DNA of 64,000 nt from the NCBI GenBank assembly GCA_965205425.1, contig CBDBGZ010000005.1, positions 128,001 to 192,000 of the forward strand, written 5' to 3'. How positions within the stretch are numbered: position 1 is the stretch's first letter; each line of letters starts with the position of its first letter. Below are positions 29,854 to 39,433 of the stretch, one piece after another. The notes under the pieces are model-generated. The model was not told where the DNA came from, ran no database searches, and was given only the letters and a program-made list of their open reading frames with translations. Position numbers and translations under genes: made by a program. This DNA comes from Nitrosopumilus sp. (lineage in GTDB: Archaea > Thermoproteota > Nitrososphaeria > Nitrososphaerales > Nitrosopumilaceae).

Positions 29854-31211
29854 GGCGTACCAAAATTATCCATAATCATACACATACACTTTGTTGTTTT
29901 CTTGAGTAAATCAACTCGTGCAAATTCATTAGGAGAATGAATCCTTGAAAACATGTATGTGCTACCCATAGAAATGCAAGGAGCTTTTAGAATTTCAACA
30001 AAAGGATACATCGGACCAGTTCCAGCATTTGAAACATTCAGAATAGAAGTACCAAAAGATTTGTCTGCTGCATCTTTTACTTGGGAAACAAATGGATGAG
30101 AAGAATTAGTCCTAGCAGCTGCTTCGCCATGAAATACTTTGATACCAATATCAGAAAATCCTTTTGATTTTAGATGTTTTTTTAATCGCAATACTTGTTT
30201 TTTAGGATCCATTTTAGGAATTAATCTAAAATCTATTTTCACTAAAGCACTACCAGGAAGAACAGTTTTTGCACCATCTCCAGTATATCCTGAAACAAAT
30301 CCTGCAATATTGCATGTAGCACCTCCAACCATCGCTTTTTTTGCCTCTAATCCTTGCAGATTCCCAACAAAAGATTTTATTCCAAATTCTTGTTTAAACG
30401 CATTTTCATCAAATGGTTCTTTTTGAATAATTTTTAAATCATTTTTTGATAACGATGAAACTTCTTTGTACCAATCTTTAATGAGGATTTTACCATCAGA
30501 ATTTCGAAGTGTGTTTACAGCCTCAATTAGTCGCCATGCAGGGTTTTTTATCAAAACAGCTAAACTAGAATGTGCATTTCTAACGGATTCTTTAACAGAT
30601 AATTCCACAAAGAGTAATCCTTTCATTCCAAGACCAATGATTGGTCTATTTTTTGCATCAACATATCCAAATTCCCAGATAACACCATCGCAGGAGAATT
30701 TCTTTTTATATTTTTTTAGATAGTCTTCAATGTGTGCACTGCCAGTTTCTTCTTCGCCTTCAATTACAAATTTTATGTTACATGGAACATCACCTGATGT
30801 TTTTAGACAAGCTTCAACTGCTTTGATTCTAGTAATGAGTTCACCTTTATCATCAGTTGCACCCCTTCCAAAAATTTTATTGCCTTTTCTAACACCACTA
30901 AACGGAGGATCATCCCACAAATCAAAAGGTTCAGCAGGTTGGACGTCGTAATGATTGTAAAACATTAGGGTTTTTGATGGATTTTGTTTTGATTTAATTT
31001 CACCATATACAATTGGTGCAACTCCTTTCTTTAATTGTAAAATTTCAGATTTGGCTCCAGATTTTTTTAATAATTTTTGAACAAGTTTTGCACATTCTTC
31101 AATACCTTCATTTTTTGCAGATACACTAGGTTGACGAATTAACGTCTGTAAATCAGAAATAAGATCATCCATGTGAGAATTGACATATTTTGTGGCAATC
31201 ATTTCAGTCAT
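29850..31211 (-). CDS. M20/M25/M40 family metallo-hydrolase
   Basis: HYDVQP, GRG..DDKG, EGEEE.GS, H.PNE. Confidence 0.92.
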   Translation of the reverse strand: MTEMIATKYVNSHMDDLISDLQTLIRQPSVSAKNEGIEECAKLVQKLLKKSGAKSEILQLKKGVAPIVYGEIKSKQNPSKTLMFYNHYDVQPAEPFDLWDDPPFSGVRKGNKIFGRGATDDKGELITRIKAVEACLKTSGDVPCNIKFVIEGEEETGSAHIEDYLKKYKKKFSCDGVIWEFGYVDAKNRPIIGLGMKGLLFVELSVKESVRNAHSSLAVLIKNPAWRLIEAVNTLRNSDGKILIKDWYKEVSSLSKNDLKIIQKEPFDENAFKQEFGIKSFVGNLQGLEAKKAMVGGATCNIAGFVSGYTGDGAKTVLPGSALVKIDFRLIPKMDPKKQVLRLKKHLKSKGFSDIGIKVFHGEAAARTNSSHPFVSQVKDAADKSFGTSILNVSNAGTGPMYPFVEILKAPCISMGSTYMFSRIHSPNEFARVDLLKKTTKCMCMIMDNFGTP

Positions 31212-32071
31212 ACTATTCTATCAAACGGCTTCATCACATAGAGGATTTCATTCAACAAATCCATAGAGGTCATATGCAAACCCAATTTCTTTTGAGCCGC
31301 TTTGCCTGCCAATCCATTGATAAATGTGGCAGCAGCAGCAGATTCTAAAGGATTTCTATTATTTGACAGCAATCCAGCAACTAATCCAGATAGTACATCT
31401 CCGGTTCCACCAACAGTCATTGCAGGTGTTTTTTTCTCATTTAGATAAGTAGTTGAACCATTTGAAATTACATCGGTTGCACCTTTAAGCAACACAGTAA
31501 TTCCAAATTCCTTTGCTTTATTTTCCACAAGTTTGATTCTTTCATTTTTAGAGTTGGATGGAGAGTCTCCAAACAATCTTTTGAATTCTCCGGCATGCGG
31601 AGTAACTACAACATTCTTGTTTGCCAATAAGGGTAACACTTCAGGAATCAGAGCACTTGCATCTAAAGATAAACGAACGTCTCTATCCAATAATGATTTT
31701 ACAAAATGTAACAAAGAATTTTTTTCTTGAATTGCAAGTCCCATTCCAATTGTAGCAGAATGTAGATTACGAGGTAATGCACCAATAAGCTTGTTTACTG
31801 CACCCAAAGTTAGTTTCTGATCAACTAGAGGGATTACAATCAAGTTTGGGGAAATAGCACGAGTTGGAGTGACGTTAATTTTTGGAACACACGTGTAAAC
31901 TAGATCTGTACCACATTTCAATGCAGCAAGAGATGATAAAATTGGAGCTCCATGGTAAATGTAACTTCCGCCAACAACCAGAGCGATTCCATTGTCACCT
32001 TTTCTAGATTTTGCTTTTCTAGCAGGAATGAATTTTTTTGCAATAGCTAAAGTTAAATTTTTTCTTACCAT
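31208..32071 (-). CDS. nnrD: ADP-dependent NAD(P)H-hydrate dehydratase (YjeF C-domain)
   Basis: KG..G...VVGGS..Y.GA, TPH.GEF, GG.GDVL.G. Confidence 0.92.
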   Translation of the reverse strand: MVRKNLTLAIAKKFIPARKAKSRKGDNGIALVVGGSYIYHGAPILSSLAALKCGTDLVYTCVPKINVTPTRAISPNLIVIPLVDQKLTLGAVNKLIGALPRNLHSATIGMGLAIQEKNSLLHFVKSLLDRDVRLSLDASALIPEVLPLLANKNVVVTPHAGEFKRLFGDSPSNSKNERIKLVENKAKEFGITVLLKGATDVISNGSTTYLNEKKTPAMTVGGTGDVLSGLVAGLLSNNRNPLESAAAATFINGLAGKAAQKKLGLHMTSMDLLNEILYVMKPFDRIV

Positions 32072-32121
32072 GTAGAATCTCCCAGTAAATAGCCGAATAA
32101 ATCTTGTTTTTTGTTAAATGC

Positions 32122-33078
32122 CTAAGAAGACTTTGTGGTTGTTTTTTTAACAGGTTTTTTGGTTGTTTTATTAGCAGATTTTTTTACTGTTTTTGAAGTT
32201 GATTTTTTGGTTGTTTTAGCAGATTTTTTTACTGTTTTTGTGGGCAATTTTTTCTTAGTTTCAACAGTTTTTGATTTTACAGTAGATTTCCGGATAGATC
32301 TACCAAAAAATGCTTTTCGTGCAAAACAAAGATAGGTCGTATGACCAATGCCTTGGAATGAATGTCTTGTTTTTCCCTCTCTGGCTTCAATATTTCGAAT
32401 GATGTGTTCAGTGGATTCTATGTCAGTAAATTCATTTTCAACCAAAGCCATGGTTAATTTTTCTAATTGATTCATAGTAGGACAAATTGCAAATATGCTG
32501 CCACTGCCTTTTAGCATTTTTCTAACTTGTGGGATTACAACCCAAGGATCGCCTAAATCAATCAATGCCATATCCATATCGTCCAATGGCATTTTTTTAG
32601 CAGTCTTCAAATCAAGATTATGTTGTGTTACATATTTTGAAACACCAGCTTTTTTGATATTTTTCTCAGCAATTTTCATAAATTTTTCATCCACATCAAA
32701 GGTGTATACATGCCCACGGGGTTTTACAACACTTGCAACAAAAGAAGTCAATGAACCACTACCAGTTCCAATTTCCAAGATTTTTTGACCATCGCCAATT
32801 CCGGCTCTTGCAATAATGTAGCCAATATCTTTTGGATAAACAATTTGAGTTCCATGTTGAATTCTCATCACATAATCATACATGGTAGGTTCAAGAAGAT
32901 AGACGTACTTGTCCTTGTTTGTAATTAATTTGGAACCGTACTCTTTGCCAATTGCATCAGAGTGTTTTAAGATTCCAATATGAGTATGAAATGACTCATT
33001 TTTAGAAATTTTTGCTAACCATTTTTTTGAATTATTATAAAAGAATAATACGGGTGAATTTTGCTTGATTTTAGCCAC
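32122..33078 (-). CDS. trmI: tRNA (adenine-N1)-methyltransferase with Lys/Thr-rich tail
   Basis: TQIVYPKD, E.GTGSG, D...PW, GHT.YL. Confidence 0.92.
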   Translation of the reverse strand: MAKIKQNSPVLFFYNNSKKWLAKISKNESFHTHIGILKHSDAIGKEYGSKLITNKDKYVYLLEPTMYDYVMRIQHGTQIVYPKDIGYIIARAGIGDGQKILEIGTGSGSLTSFVASVVKPRGHVYTFDVDEKFMKIAEKNIKKAGVSKYVTQHNLDLKTAKKMPLDDMDMALIDLGDPWVVIPQVRKMLKGSGSIFAICPTMNQLEKLTMALVENEFTDIESTEHIIRNIEAREGKTRHSFQGIGHTTYLCFARKAFFGRSIRKSTVKSKTVETKKKLPTKTVKKSAKTTKKSTSKTVKKSANKTTKKPVKKTTTKSS

Positions 33079-33122
33079 ATATTTTGCCTAGAAATTTTAG
33101 ATAAGAATCTACTGGTTATTTC

Positions 33123-33145
33123 AAACTCCAATAGGCTTAAGTTGA
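33123..33145 (+). promoter_or_regulatory. Shared promoter motif, copy 1
   Basis: aaactccaataggcttaagttga; CTTAAG starts 29 nt before ATG 33165. Confidence 0.65.
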
Positions 33146-33164
33146 TAATTATTGAGAAATATTC

Positions 33165-33272
33165 ATGAGTTTTAGAACAAGCGTATTTTCAAGAAAAGAA
33201 TTAGTGATAATTACCGGAATTTCAGTCATCGCTTCATCAATTTTGTATATTTATTATGTCACAGTCAGGTAA
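33165..33272 (+). CDS. 35-aa single-TM microprotein
   Basis: MSFRTSVFSRKELVIITGISVIASSILYIYYVTVR. Confidence 0.6.
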   Translation: MSFRTSVFSRKELVIITGISVIASSILYIYYVTVR

Positions 33273-33274
33273 TT

Positions 33275-34416
33275 GAGACATGGGCATAACTAATTCTAAT
33301 TTTTGAGTCAATTCTCAAATTATTCAAATAGAAAAAGCTAAGGATCTTATCATGTTTTGTTCATTGTAATGTCAAAACAAATGAAAATCCCTAACAAGAT
33401 TCTATCGGAATCATTTCTTATTGGTATTTTGTATTTGGTGGGAATGTTGTCTTTGTATGAAGAGATACTGAAACCTGGTAGACCGTACGTATACTCTACA
33501 ATTCTAATGGTACAGCTGTCCATCATAAAATCTTGGATGAGAATTCCTAGTAACAATACATTACATTATTTCCTTTCAATCAAACCTTCCAATGACAAAC
33601 TGCTCAAGGTTTGCAAATTAACTCAAATTCCAGACAGAAGAACTATTGACAGACGATTTCAATTTCTACCCATTAGTGACATGATTAGTACCATGGGCAA
33701 CAAATTCATCTCAGAGGGATTGGTGGAAAATGTTTCAGCATCAGGGGATAGTTCAATGCTAAAAGCAGATGGTCCAGTATGGCACAAATCAGACATAAAG
33801 AACAATCGTCTACCAATCCCAGGAATTGACACTGATTGTTCAATGGGGTTTTTCAAAATCAAAGGGTTGGATATTTGGATACAAACTGCACATGAGTTGC
33901 AGTACTGGAAAACTGATAGTTCCATTGTCTGCTGATGTCTCAACTGCAAATGTTTCTGATGGTAAAATGTATGAAACGTTAGTCAAACCACTTGCAGGAC
34001 TGGTTGAAAATATTTTATGTGATCCAGCATATGATGATAAATCATTATATCAGTTTAGTGATGAGAGACATTTGAGATTGATTTGTCCTATCAAAATATA
34101 TCCATCAACACCGCCAGAGCGAATCAAACTTGCAGATTTTTATAATTCTGTACAAGGTCAAGAGTTGTACTCACAAAGAAAAGTCTCAATTGAACCTTTA
34201 TTTGAAATATTCAAAGATACGTTCAACATTAGAACTGTACATGTGAAAGGATTTGACAACGTGAAATCATTTGTATTGGTTTGTGTGTTGGTGTATCAAC
34301 TTGTAGTATATTACAACTGTATAATTGGAGCAGAAAATCCAAGAACTGTAAAGAGAATGCTTTGCTGTTAGGAAATGACTGAGAGTTATTTTTGTAAATA
34401 ATTATGCCCAAGTCTC
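33275..34416 (+). mobile_element. IS element (DDE, IS4/IS5-like), 1142 bp
   Basis: TIRs gagacatgggcataa / ttatgcccaagtctc; flanking direct repeat aggtaatt (33267-33274, 34417-34424). Confidence 0.9.
33357..34371 (+). pseudogene. DDE transposase with +1 frameshift at ~33836-33837
   Basis: GDSS, DTD-/-QWG.SKSKGWIFGYKLH, DPAYD, R..IE..F; one extra T joins the two ORFs. Confidence 0.85.
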
Positions 34417-34461
34417 AGGTAATTGACAATTCTTAAAAATAAAAAGGAAGAAGGACAGTAA

Positions 34462-34650
34462 TTGAATTTCAATTGTATCTTTCCATCTTGTAATTATAAA
34501 CAAAAGGACATTGAAGAAGAAGAATTTCTGAAACATTTGAAAGAAGAACATCAAAAGGAAATACTAGACACTGCAACAAAAGAGAATATTCCAATTAAAA
34601 CTATGGAGATGATGGCAATATCAAATTCGAAAGTATTCATTAATTCCTAG
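34462..34650 (+). CDS. C2H2 zinc-finger small protein
   Basis: CIFPSC...F..H...EH. Confidence 0.75.
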   Translation: MNFNCIFPSCNYKQKDIEEEEFLKHLKEEHQKEILDTATKENIPIKTMEMMAISNSKVFINS

Positions 34651-34655
34651 ATTCC

Positions 34656-34678
34656 AAACCCCAATAAGCTTAAGTTCA
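34656..34678 (+). promoter_or_regulatory. Shared promoter motif, copy 2 (20/23)
   Basis: aaaccccaataagcttaagttca; CTTAAG starts 29 nt before ATG 34698. Confidence 0.6.
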
Positions 34679-34697
34679 TTATTTACCTAGTAGAATT

Positions 34698-34841
34698 ATG
34701 ACAAAGATTTGTAAAAAATGTGATGTCAATATGGAAATTAAAAATAAGAATGATAAAAGACGAGGAAATGATACAAAAAATCGATCAACAGAATACTATT
34801 GCCCTAAATGTAACCATTCAGAATATGAAGAAGAATTCTAA
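34698..34841 (+). CDS. 47-aa zinc-ribbon microprotein
   Basis: MTKICKKCDV...YYCPKCNHSEYEEEF. Confidence 0.75.
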   Translation: MTKICKKCDVNMEIKNKNDKRRGNDTKNRSTEYYCPKCNHSEYEEEF

Positions 34842-34843
34842 AA

Positions 34844-34936
34844 TTACTTTCTAAATAAAAAGTAAATTCTAGTACCAATAAAAATTCCAACAGCAAGAAC
34901 GATCAATATCAGAATAATAATTTCTCCCTCATCCAT
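34844..34936 (-). CDS. 30-aa single-TM microprotein
   Basis: MDEGEIIILILIVLAVGIFIGTRIYFLFRK (acidic N-terminus, basic C-terminus). Confidence 0.6.
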   Translation of the reverse strand: MDEGEIIILILIVLAVGIFIGTRIYFLFRK

Positions 34937-35004
34937 GTTTAAATTTAAAACTCTTATGAAATTAAACAATACTCTTAAGTTCAAACATGCCCAAAAATCA
35001 ACTA

Positions 35005-35136
35005 TTGGAAGAAGAATATCGTAAAAAAATGATCAAACAAAAAGAAGAGTATGAGAAATGGAAAGAGGCAGAAGGAGATTCAGACCTTGAATTTAATGAA
35101 AAAGACAACAAGAAAAAACCCAAAATTAAATTCTAA
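35005..35136 (+). CDS. Charged microprotein
   Basis: (M)EEEYRKKMIKQKEEYEKWKEAEG...KPKIKF; TTG 31 nt after a partial motif copy; alternative ATG at 34987. Confidence 0.55.
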   Translation: MEEEYRKKMIKQKEEYEKWKEAEGDSDLEFNEKDNKKKPKIKF

Positions 35137-35157
35137 ACTCCAATAGGCTTAAGTTGA
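35135..35157 (+). promoter_or_regulatory. Shared promoter motif, copy 3 (identical to copy 1)
   Basis: aaactccaataggcttaagttga; CTTAAG starts 29 nt before ATG 35177. Confidence 0.65.
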
Positions 35158-35176
35158 CAAATAATATACAAAATTT

Positions 35177-35404
35177 ATGAATGAGATTTTTGTGTATTGT
35201 AAAACATGTAAGAAAAAAGTTAAAGCCGTGATTTTAACAAAACATGAAAAAGAATATGATGAATCTACAAATAGTTACAAACGATATGGCATGGTCAGAA
35301 TTATGCAACACAACATAGGTTTTAGAAAAAACTGCGAGGACACATCTCAAATTAAAGCAATAGTTGAATCAGATTCCAAAGATAGTAACGGAGTAATGAA
35401 CTAA
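35177..35404 (+). CDS. Small Cys/His protein
   Basis: CKTC...H......C. Confidence 0.7.
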   Translation: MNEIFVYCKTCKKKVKAVILTKHEKEYDESTNSYKRYGMVRIMQHNIGFRKNCEDTSQIKAIVESDSKDSNGVMN

Positions 35405-35646
35405 ATAAAAAATACTATTTCATTGGTATTCAAAGTATTATTTACCTCAAAAATTGATGTCATATGCTGATGATTATTACAACGGGTTCTATCTGATTTC
35501 CTCAAATTTGATGAATATTGCCGAATTATGAAGCTGTTTCTCATTTAGGTGTGAACAAGATTGATCGGACGTTTAGAAATTTAACCTAAAAGTAATTATT
35601 TTTGATTCTGGTTTTTTAACAAAAACATCACCTTAAGAGATTCATT

Positions 35647-35747
35647 GAGTCAGAGACATCTCGCGGTGTTAGCTGGAAGAGCCCATTGCTCACATAAACT
35701 AGTTAATACATTTCAGAGTCTCCATAGTAAAGGAGACTGACTTTTTT
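35647..35747 (+). ncRNA. Candidate four-way-junction small RNA
   Basis: Four stems with G-U pairs valid on + strand, followed by a U-tract. Confidence 0.5.
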
Positions 35748-35798
35748 CCGTGATATGTGCAAACAGTATTTTAATACGAAATGTGAGAATTAATTAAA

Positions 35799-36122
35799 TT
35801 GACAGAAATTCAACTAGCAGGATCAGGCGGATGGATTAATGCAGATCTAACTGACGAACAAGTAACTAAATCAAAACTTGTTCCAAATATAGACAAGCAT
35901 TTTTTGGCATCACTTGAAAAATTAGATACAGCAAAAATGTCAAAGCATTTTTGTAAACAATGCAATTCTGAATTTGACGGTCCAACCCAAATACAAATTG
36001 AGGAAAAACCAAATGAGGCAGTTGCAGATGGATTAATCTTGATAGAAAGAGGGCAATATACTTGCCACAAATGTAATTCCATTATTGGAGAATACAGAGT
36101 TTTCCAGAAAAAAGAAGAATAG
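35799..36122 (+). CDS. Zinc-ribbon hypothetical protein
   Basis: FCKQC...YTCHKC. Confidence 0.75.
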   Translation: MTEIQLAGSGGWINADLTDEQVTKSKLVPNIDKHFLASLEKLDTAKMSKHFCKQCNSEFDGPTQIQIEEKPNEAVADGLILIERGQYTCHKCNSIIGEYRVFQKKEE

Positions 36123-36164
36123 GTTAAAATCTACAATTCGTTATTTTTATCAGCCTAAATAATG

Positions 36165-37206
36165 TGTTCTTTCCAGAAATTATTTCGTGTCACTTTCATG
36201 AGTAATTCCTCCATAGAATACTTGGGTCTATGAGTATTTCGTTTGTTATCATCTTGGAGTGATACGCATCAGATGGTGTCTCCATGTTATCCAAGTCTAG
36301 TGCGCCATGAACTCTAATGTGATTGTACCAATGCATAAACTGCTCCACTGACTCAAAGTATTCTATTTTACACTCAAAGATATCCCAGAACTTTTCTAGC
36401 TTACCATTTGTTTGTGGATGTCTCACTCTTGTACGAGAGTGCTTTACGTGATGTCTCATTAGTTGCTGCTCAAAGTCTACTGGCTTGTTATGATCAAGAG
36501 TATTGACATTTGATGTGAACTGTTTTCCATTATCAGATAGTACGGATGCTGGTCTACCGTGATTCTTTATTGCATCAGATAGTACTGCAGAAGAATTCAC
36601 AGATGTTGCCTCATCATACACTCCGAAACCCGTGATAAATCGTGAGGCATCATCTTCAAATGCAATTAGTTGTTTTCCTGCCCAGCGTGAATCATGTATT
36701 GTGTGCCAGTCAGTATGCCACAGTGAATTTGAATATTCACGTTCATACCTGATCCACTTTCTTCTCATCTTTTTCCGTGGTTGCTCAACTGATAATCCTT
36801 CATCTAGCATAATCTTGTGGATGCGATTGTGGTTTATCTTGGTATTGTACAATTTTGATATGATTTTCTCAAGGTATAGTGCGTTTGTATGAAATTTTTC
36901 TTGAACTTGTTTGACTAGCTCTATCTCGTGTACAGTGACTGGCTTTTTTGGACGCCCTGGTCTTTTGAGTGTGGGAATCTTTTTGGTTTTTTTGTACTGA
37001 GAGTAGACTTGTTGTACTCTTCTAGGCGTTATCTTGAGGATTACTGAAATATCTAAATTCTTGACTTTTTCATTTTTAGATTGTATAATCCACCTGATCT
37101 TATTCTCATCTAACTTTACCATAGGTATGCCACGATACCCACGCATACGATAGTATGGGAATGATGCTCTCCTAGTTAAGGGGTGAAATAATTTCCGGAA
37201 AAGATA
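36165..37206 (-). mobile_element. IS481-family element, copy A (1042 bp, no TSD)
   Basis: Imperfect TIRs tgttctttccagaaattatttc / gaaataatttccggaaaagata; near-identical to 46079-47120. Confidence 0.92.
36196..37146 (-). CDS. IS481-family transposase (HTH + rve core)
   Basis: GRP, WHTD, DDASR, SDNG.QF, PQTNGK.E. Confidence 0.92.
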   Translation of the reverse strand: MRGYRGIPMVKLDENKIRWIIQSKNEKVKNLDISVILKITPRRVQQVYSQYKKTKKIPTLKRPGRPKKPVTVHEIELVKQVQEKFHTNALYLEKIISKLYNTKINHNRIHKIMLDEGLSVEQPRKKMRRKWIRYEREYSNSLWHTDWHTIHDSRWAGKQLIAFEDDASRFITGFGVYDEATSVNSSAVLSDAIKNHGRPASVLSDNGKQFTSNVNTLDHNKPVDFEQQLMRHHVKHSRTRVRHPQTNGKLEKFWDIFECKIEYFESVEQFMHWYNHIRVHGALDLDNMETPSDAYHSKMITNEILIDPSILWRNYS

Positions 37207-37251
37207 CCTCTAAATTGATTTAATAGATAGAATTGCATACTTTGAACAGTT

Positions 37252-37959
37252 TTGGTAAAAACTTCCCATGATGTAAAGACTATAGTTTTGAGAAAAAATA
37301 TTGATGAAAATGAAGCAATGGACATCGTAAACCAAAAAAAGACAACTCCTTTCAAATCTCTACTTTCTCGTCCAAAAAAAGAAGACGTTCATGTTCATTC
37401 TCTAAAATTATACTATGAATGCATTCTCATGGTTTCGGGAAAATACGTTGCAGATTATTTTAGAAAGGCAACTCATTCCATTTCTGTTGATTCTAACGTA
37501 TCTGAGGTTTCTCTGGGTGATGGATTATTCCCTGTCCGCTCAAAGTCAAGTATTAAAAAGGCTTTTGTTGGAAAAAGGGGAAAAAATAAGATTGATTTCA
37601 AACTAGATGAGCATGTCTTTGTTGAAGAAGAAGACGAATTAACCTTTGATCATCATGGAAGAGAAATAAAATTCCCATTCAAAATCAATTCAAAAACTGT
37701 AGAGAACTATCCTAAACAATTGCTAGAAAAAAACGAATCAAATGTAAAAAAACCTGAAATGACTTATGATGCAGCAATTGATAAACTCAAAACTCTATTA
37801 AAAAAACCAATGGAAACTGATGTTAAAAATCTAAATGAAGAATTTGTTTTACGCGAAATTTCTGAAATCTATATACCTATTTTTGAAGCTCGACTAATTG
37901 GTCCAAAAAAGAAAGTTGGAATAATTCGAATTGATTCTGTAAGAAACAAAGTTCTCTAA
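37252..37959 (+). CDS. Hypothetical protein
   Basis: 235-aa ORF. Confidence 0.7.
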   Translation: MVKTSHDVKTIVLRKNIDENEAMDIVNQKKTTPFKSLLSRPKKEDVHVHSLKLYYECILMVSGKYVADYFRKATHSISVDSNVSEVSLGDGLFPVRSKSSIKKAFVGKRGKNKIDFKLDEHVFVEEEDELTFDHHGREIKFPFKINSKTVENYPKQLLEKNESNVKKPEMTYDAAIDKLKTLLKKPMETDVKNLNEEFVLREISEIYIPIFEARLIGPKKKVGIIRIDSVRNKVL

Positions 37960-38089
37960 TTTTCTTTGATGTTGTGGGGCGTAATATTGTGTCACCTCAC
38001 ATGAAACTTGAACAGTAACGACACACGTCAATTCTTTTCTTTGAGATGGAGTAGAATACTTTATGAATATCGTGCAAGCCAACTAACGT

Positions 38090-38965
38090 GTGAAGTATCA
38101 TAAAATTACTACTAGTCTTATTACAATAATCACAATATTTGGATTTGTAATACCTTTTGTTACTGTTGCACACTGTGATTCCATTCAAGTTTTTGATGAT
38201 AGTTGTTTTAGATTTGGTGGTTACTCAACAGATTTTGTCACGCTTGCAGGTGCTGGAATTTACTATGATTATCTCATTTATCATATGAATCCCCATCTAA
38301 TAGAAAACCCAAATATCGATGATGAAATTTTTAGCATATCTGGAGATTTTCCAAAAGAATTCCCCAACAGTATTACTCTAAAATACGATGATATGCTGAA
38401 TCGTTTTCAACCCGAACCAAGATCAGTACTGATCAATCTTGCACACAATTCAACTATATCTGTTTTCAATGAATCCAAATTGAGCTATAACATTATCTCA
38501 AAACATTTTGGTAATTCTCAGCTGTTTGGAACATTAGAATCCGATAATTTTTGGATTGGTAATTTCACAAATGTTGGATTGTACACCTACCAATTAGAGC
38601 CAACAAGCAAACATGATCATAGAGCAACATCATTTAGAATATTTGTAATTGATGAACCCATTGAAAATATCCCAAAATCAATTAGACATAATATTGCATG
38701 TCAGTTATTTGAAATTGACCATAAAGAATACCGATATTCTACTGGAAGAAGCTGTGGAGGATCTAACAGTGAACCAATATCCGTTGATTTTCACAAGTCT
38801 TTGAGGGGAGCCAGTCCTGAATTTAAACAAGAATTTCTTGATAAAATTTCGCAAAATGCAGGATTTTTGGAGCCTGAGATTACTTTTGACTATGATGATA
38901 ATAGGCATCATCATTGGAGCATTCCATTTCCACTATTGATGATGGAGGTTTATTTTGCAAAATGA
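38090..38965 (+). CDS. Secreted protein with degenerate cupredoxin-like segment
   Basis: Signal peptide; G.LE......F..VG.YTY pattern without canonical Cys/Met ligands. Confidence 0.55.
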   Translation: MKYHKITTSLITIITIFGFVIPFVTVAHCDSIQVFDDSCFRFGGYSTDFVTLAGAGIYYDYLIYHMNPHLIENPNIDDEIFSISGDFPKEFPNSITLKYDDMLNRFQPEPRSVLINLAHNSTISVFNESKLSYNIISKHFGNSQLFGTLESDNFWIGNFTNVGLYTYQLEPTSKHDHRATSFRIFVIDEPIENIPKSIRHNIACQLFEIDHKEYRYSTGRSCGGSNSEPISVDFHKSLRGASPEFKQEFLDKISQNAGFLEPEITFDYDDNRHHHWSIPFPLLMMEVYFAK

Positions 38966-39348
38966 TGGATGATTACTATGTCAATACCCAGATGTTTATT
39001 CTTGCAATTTACATGGTAATTTCCTCTGTTGTAATAGGAGTCATCATATCCAAATTCAAAAGAACCCAGACTGACAGGCGATTCATAATTGGAGGACTGT
39101 GTGGAATTGCAATATCTTCTTTGCTATTTTTTGTAACTGCATTTGTTTTGACATCCTTGGATGTTTGTTGTGAGATGGAAGATGTTGGCAAAACATTCTT
39201 TTCCTTATTGAGATTTTTATCTACTCCATTTGCACTTGTTTCAACATGTTTTTTCTACAGGGGTCTGTCTGAAAAATTTAATAAAAAATATATCATTGAG
39301 ACATCTGTTTTGTTGGTATTAGTATGGATGATGTTCATTTTTACGTAA
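38962..39348 (+). CDS. Multi-TM hypothetical membrane protein
   Basis: Four hydrophobic segments; ATGA overlap with upstream gene. Confidence 0.65.
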   Translation: MMDDYYVNTQMFILAIYMVISSVVIGVIISKFKRTQTDRRFIIGGLCGIAISSLLFFVTAFVLTSLDVCCEMEDVGKTFFSLLRFLSTPFALVSTCFFYRGLSEKFNKKYIIETSVLLVLVWMMFIFT

Positions 39349-39433
39349 ACATTGAGGTTTAATTAGAAAATAAAAACTAGATATTCACTAATAACAAAAA
39401 CCATTGCAATTTTACATTGGATTTACTGTGGTC

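Noticed and set aside
33123..35157. CRISPR-like repeats
   Set aside because: Only 3-4 copies, hundreds of bp apart, each at promoter distance from an ORF; no cas genes
35457..35590. Possible C/D box sRNA (ctgatga...ctga...ttgatga)
   Set aside because: The first guide is ~19 nt and there is no canonical terminal D box; the region reads better as a frameshifted small-ORF remnant
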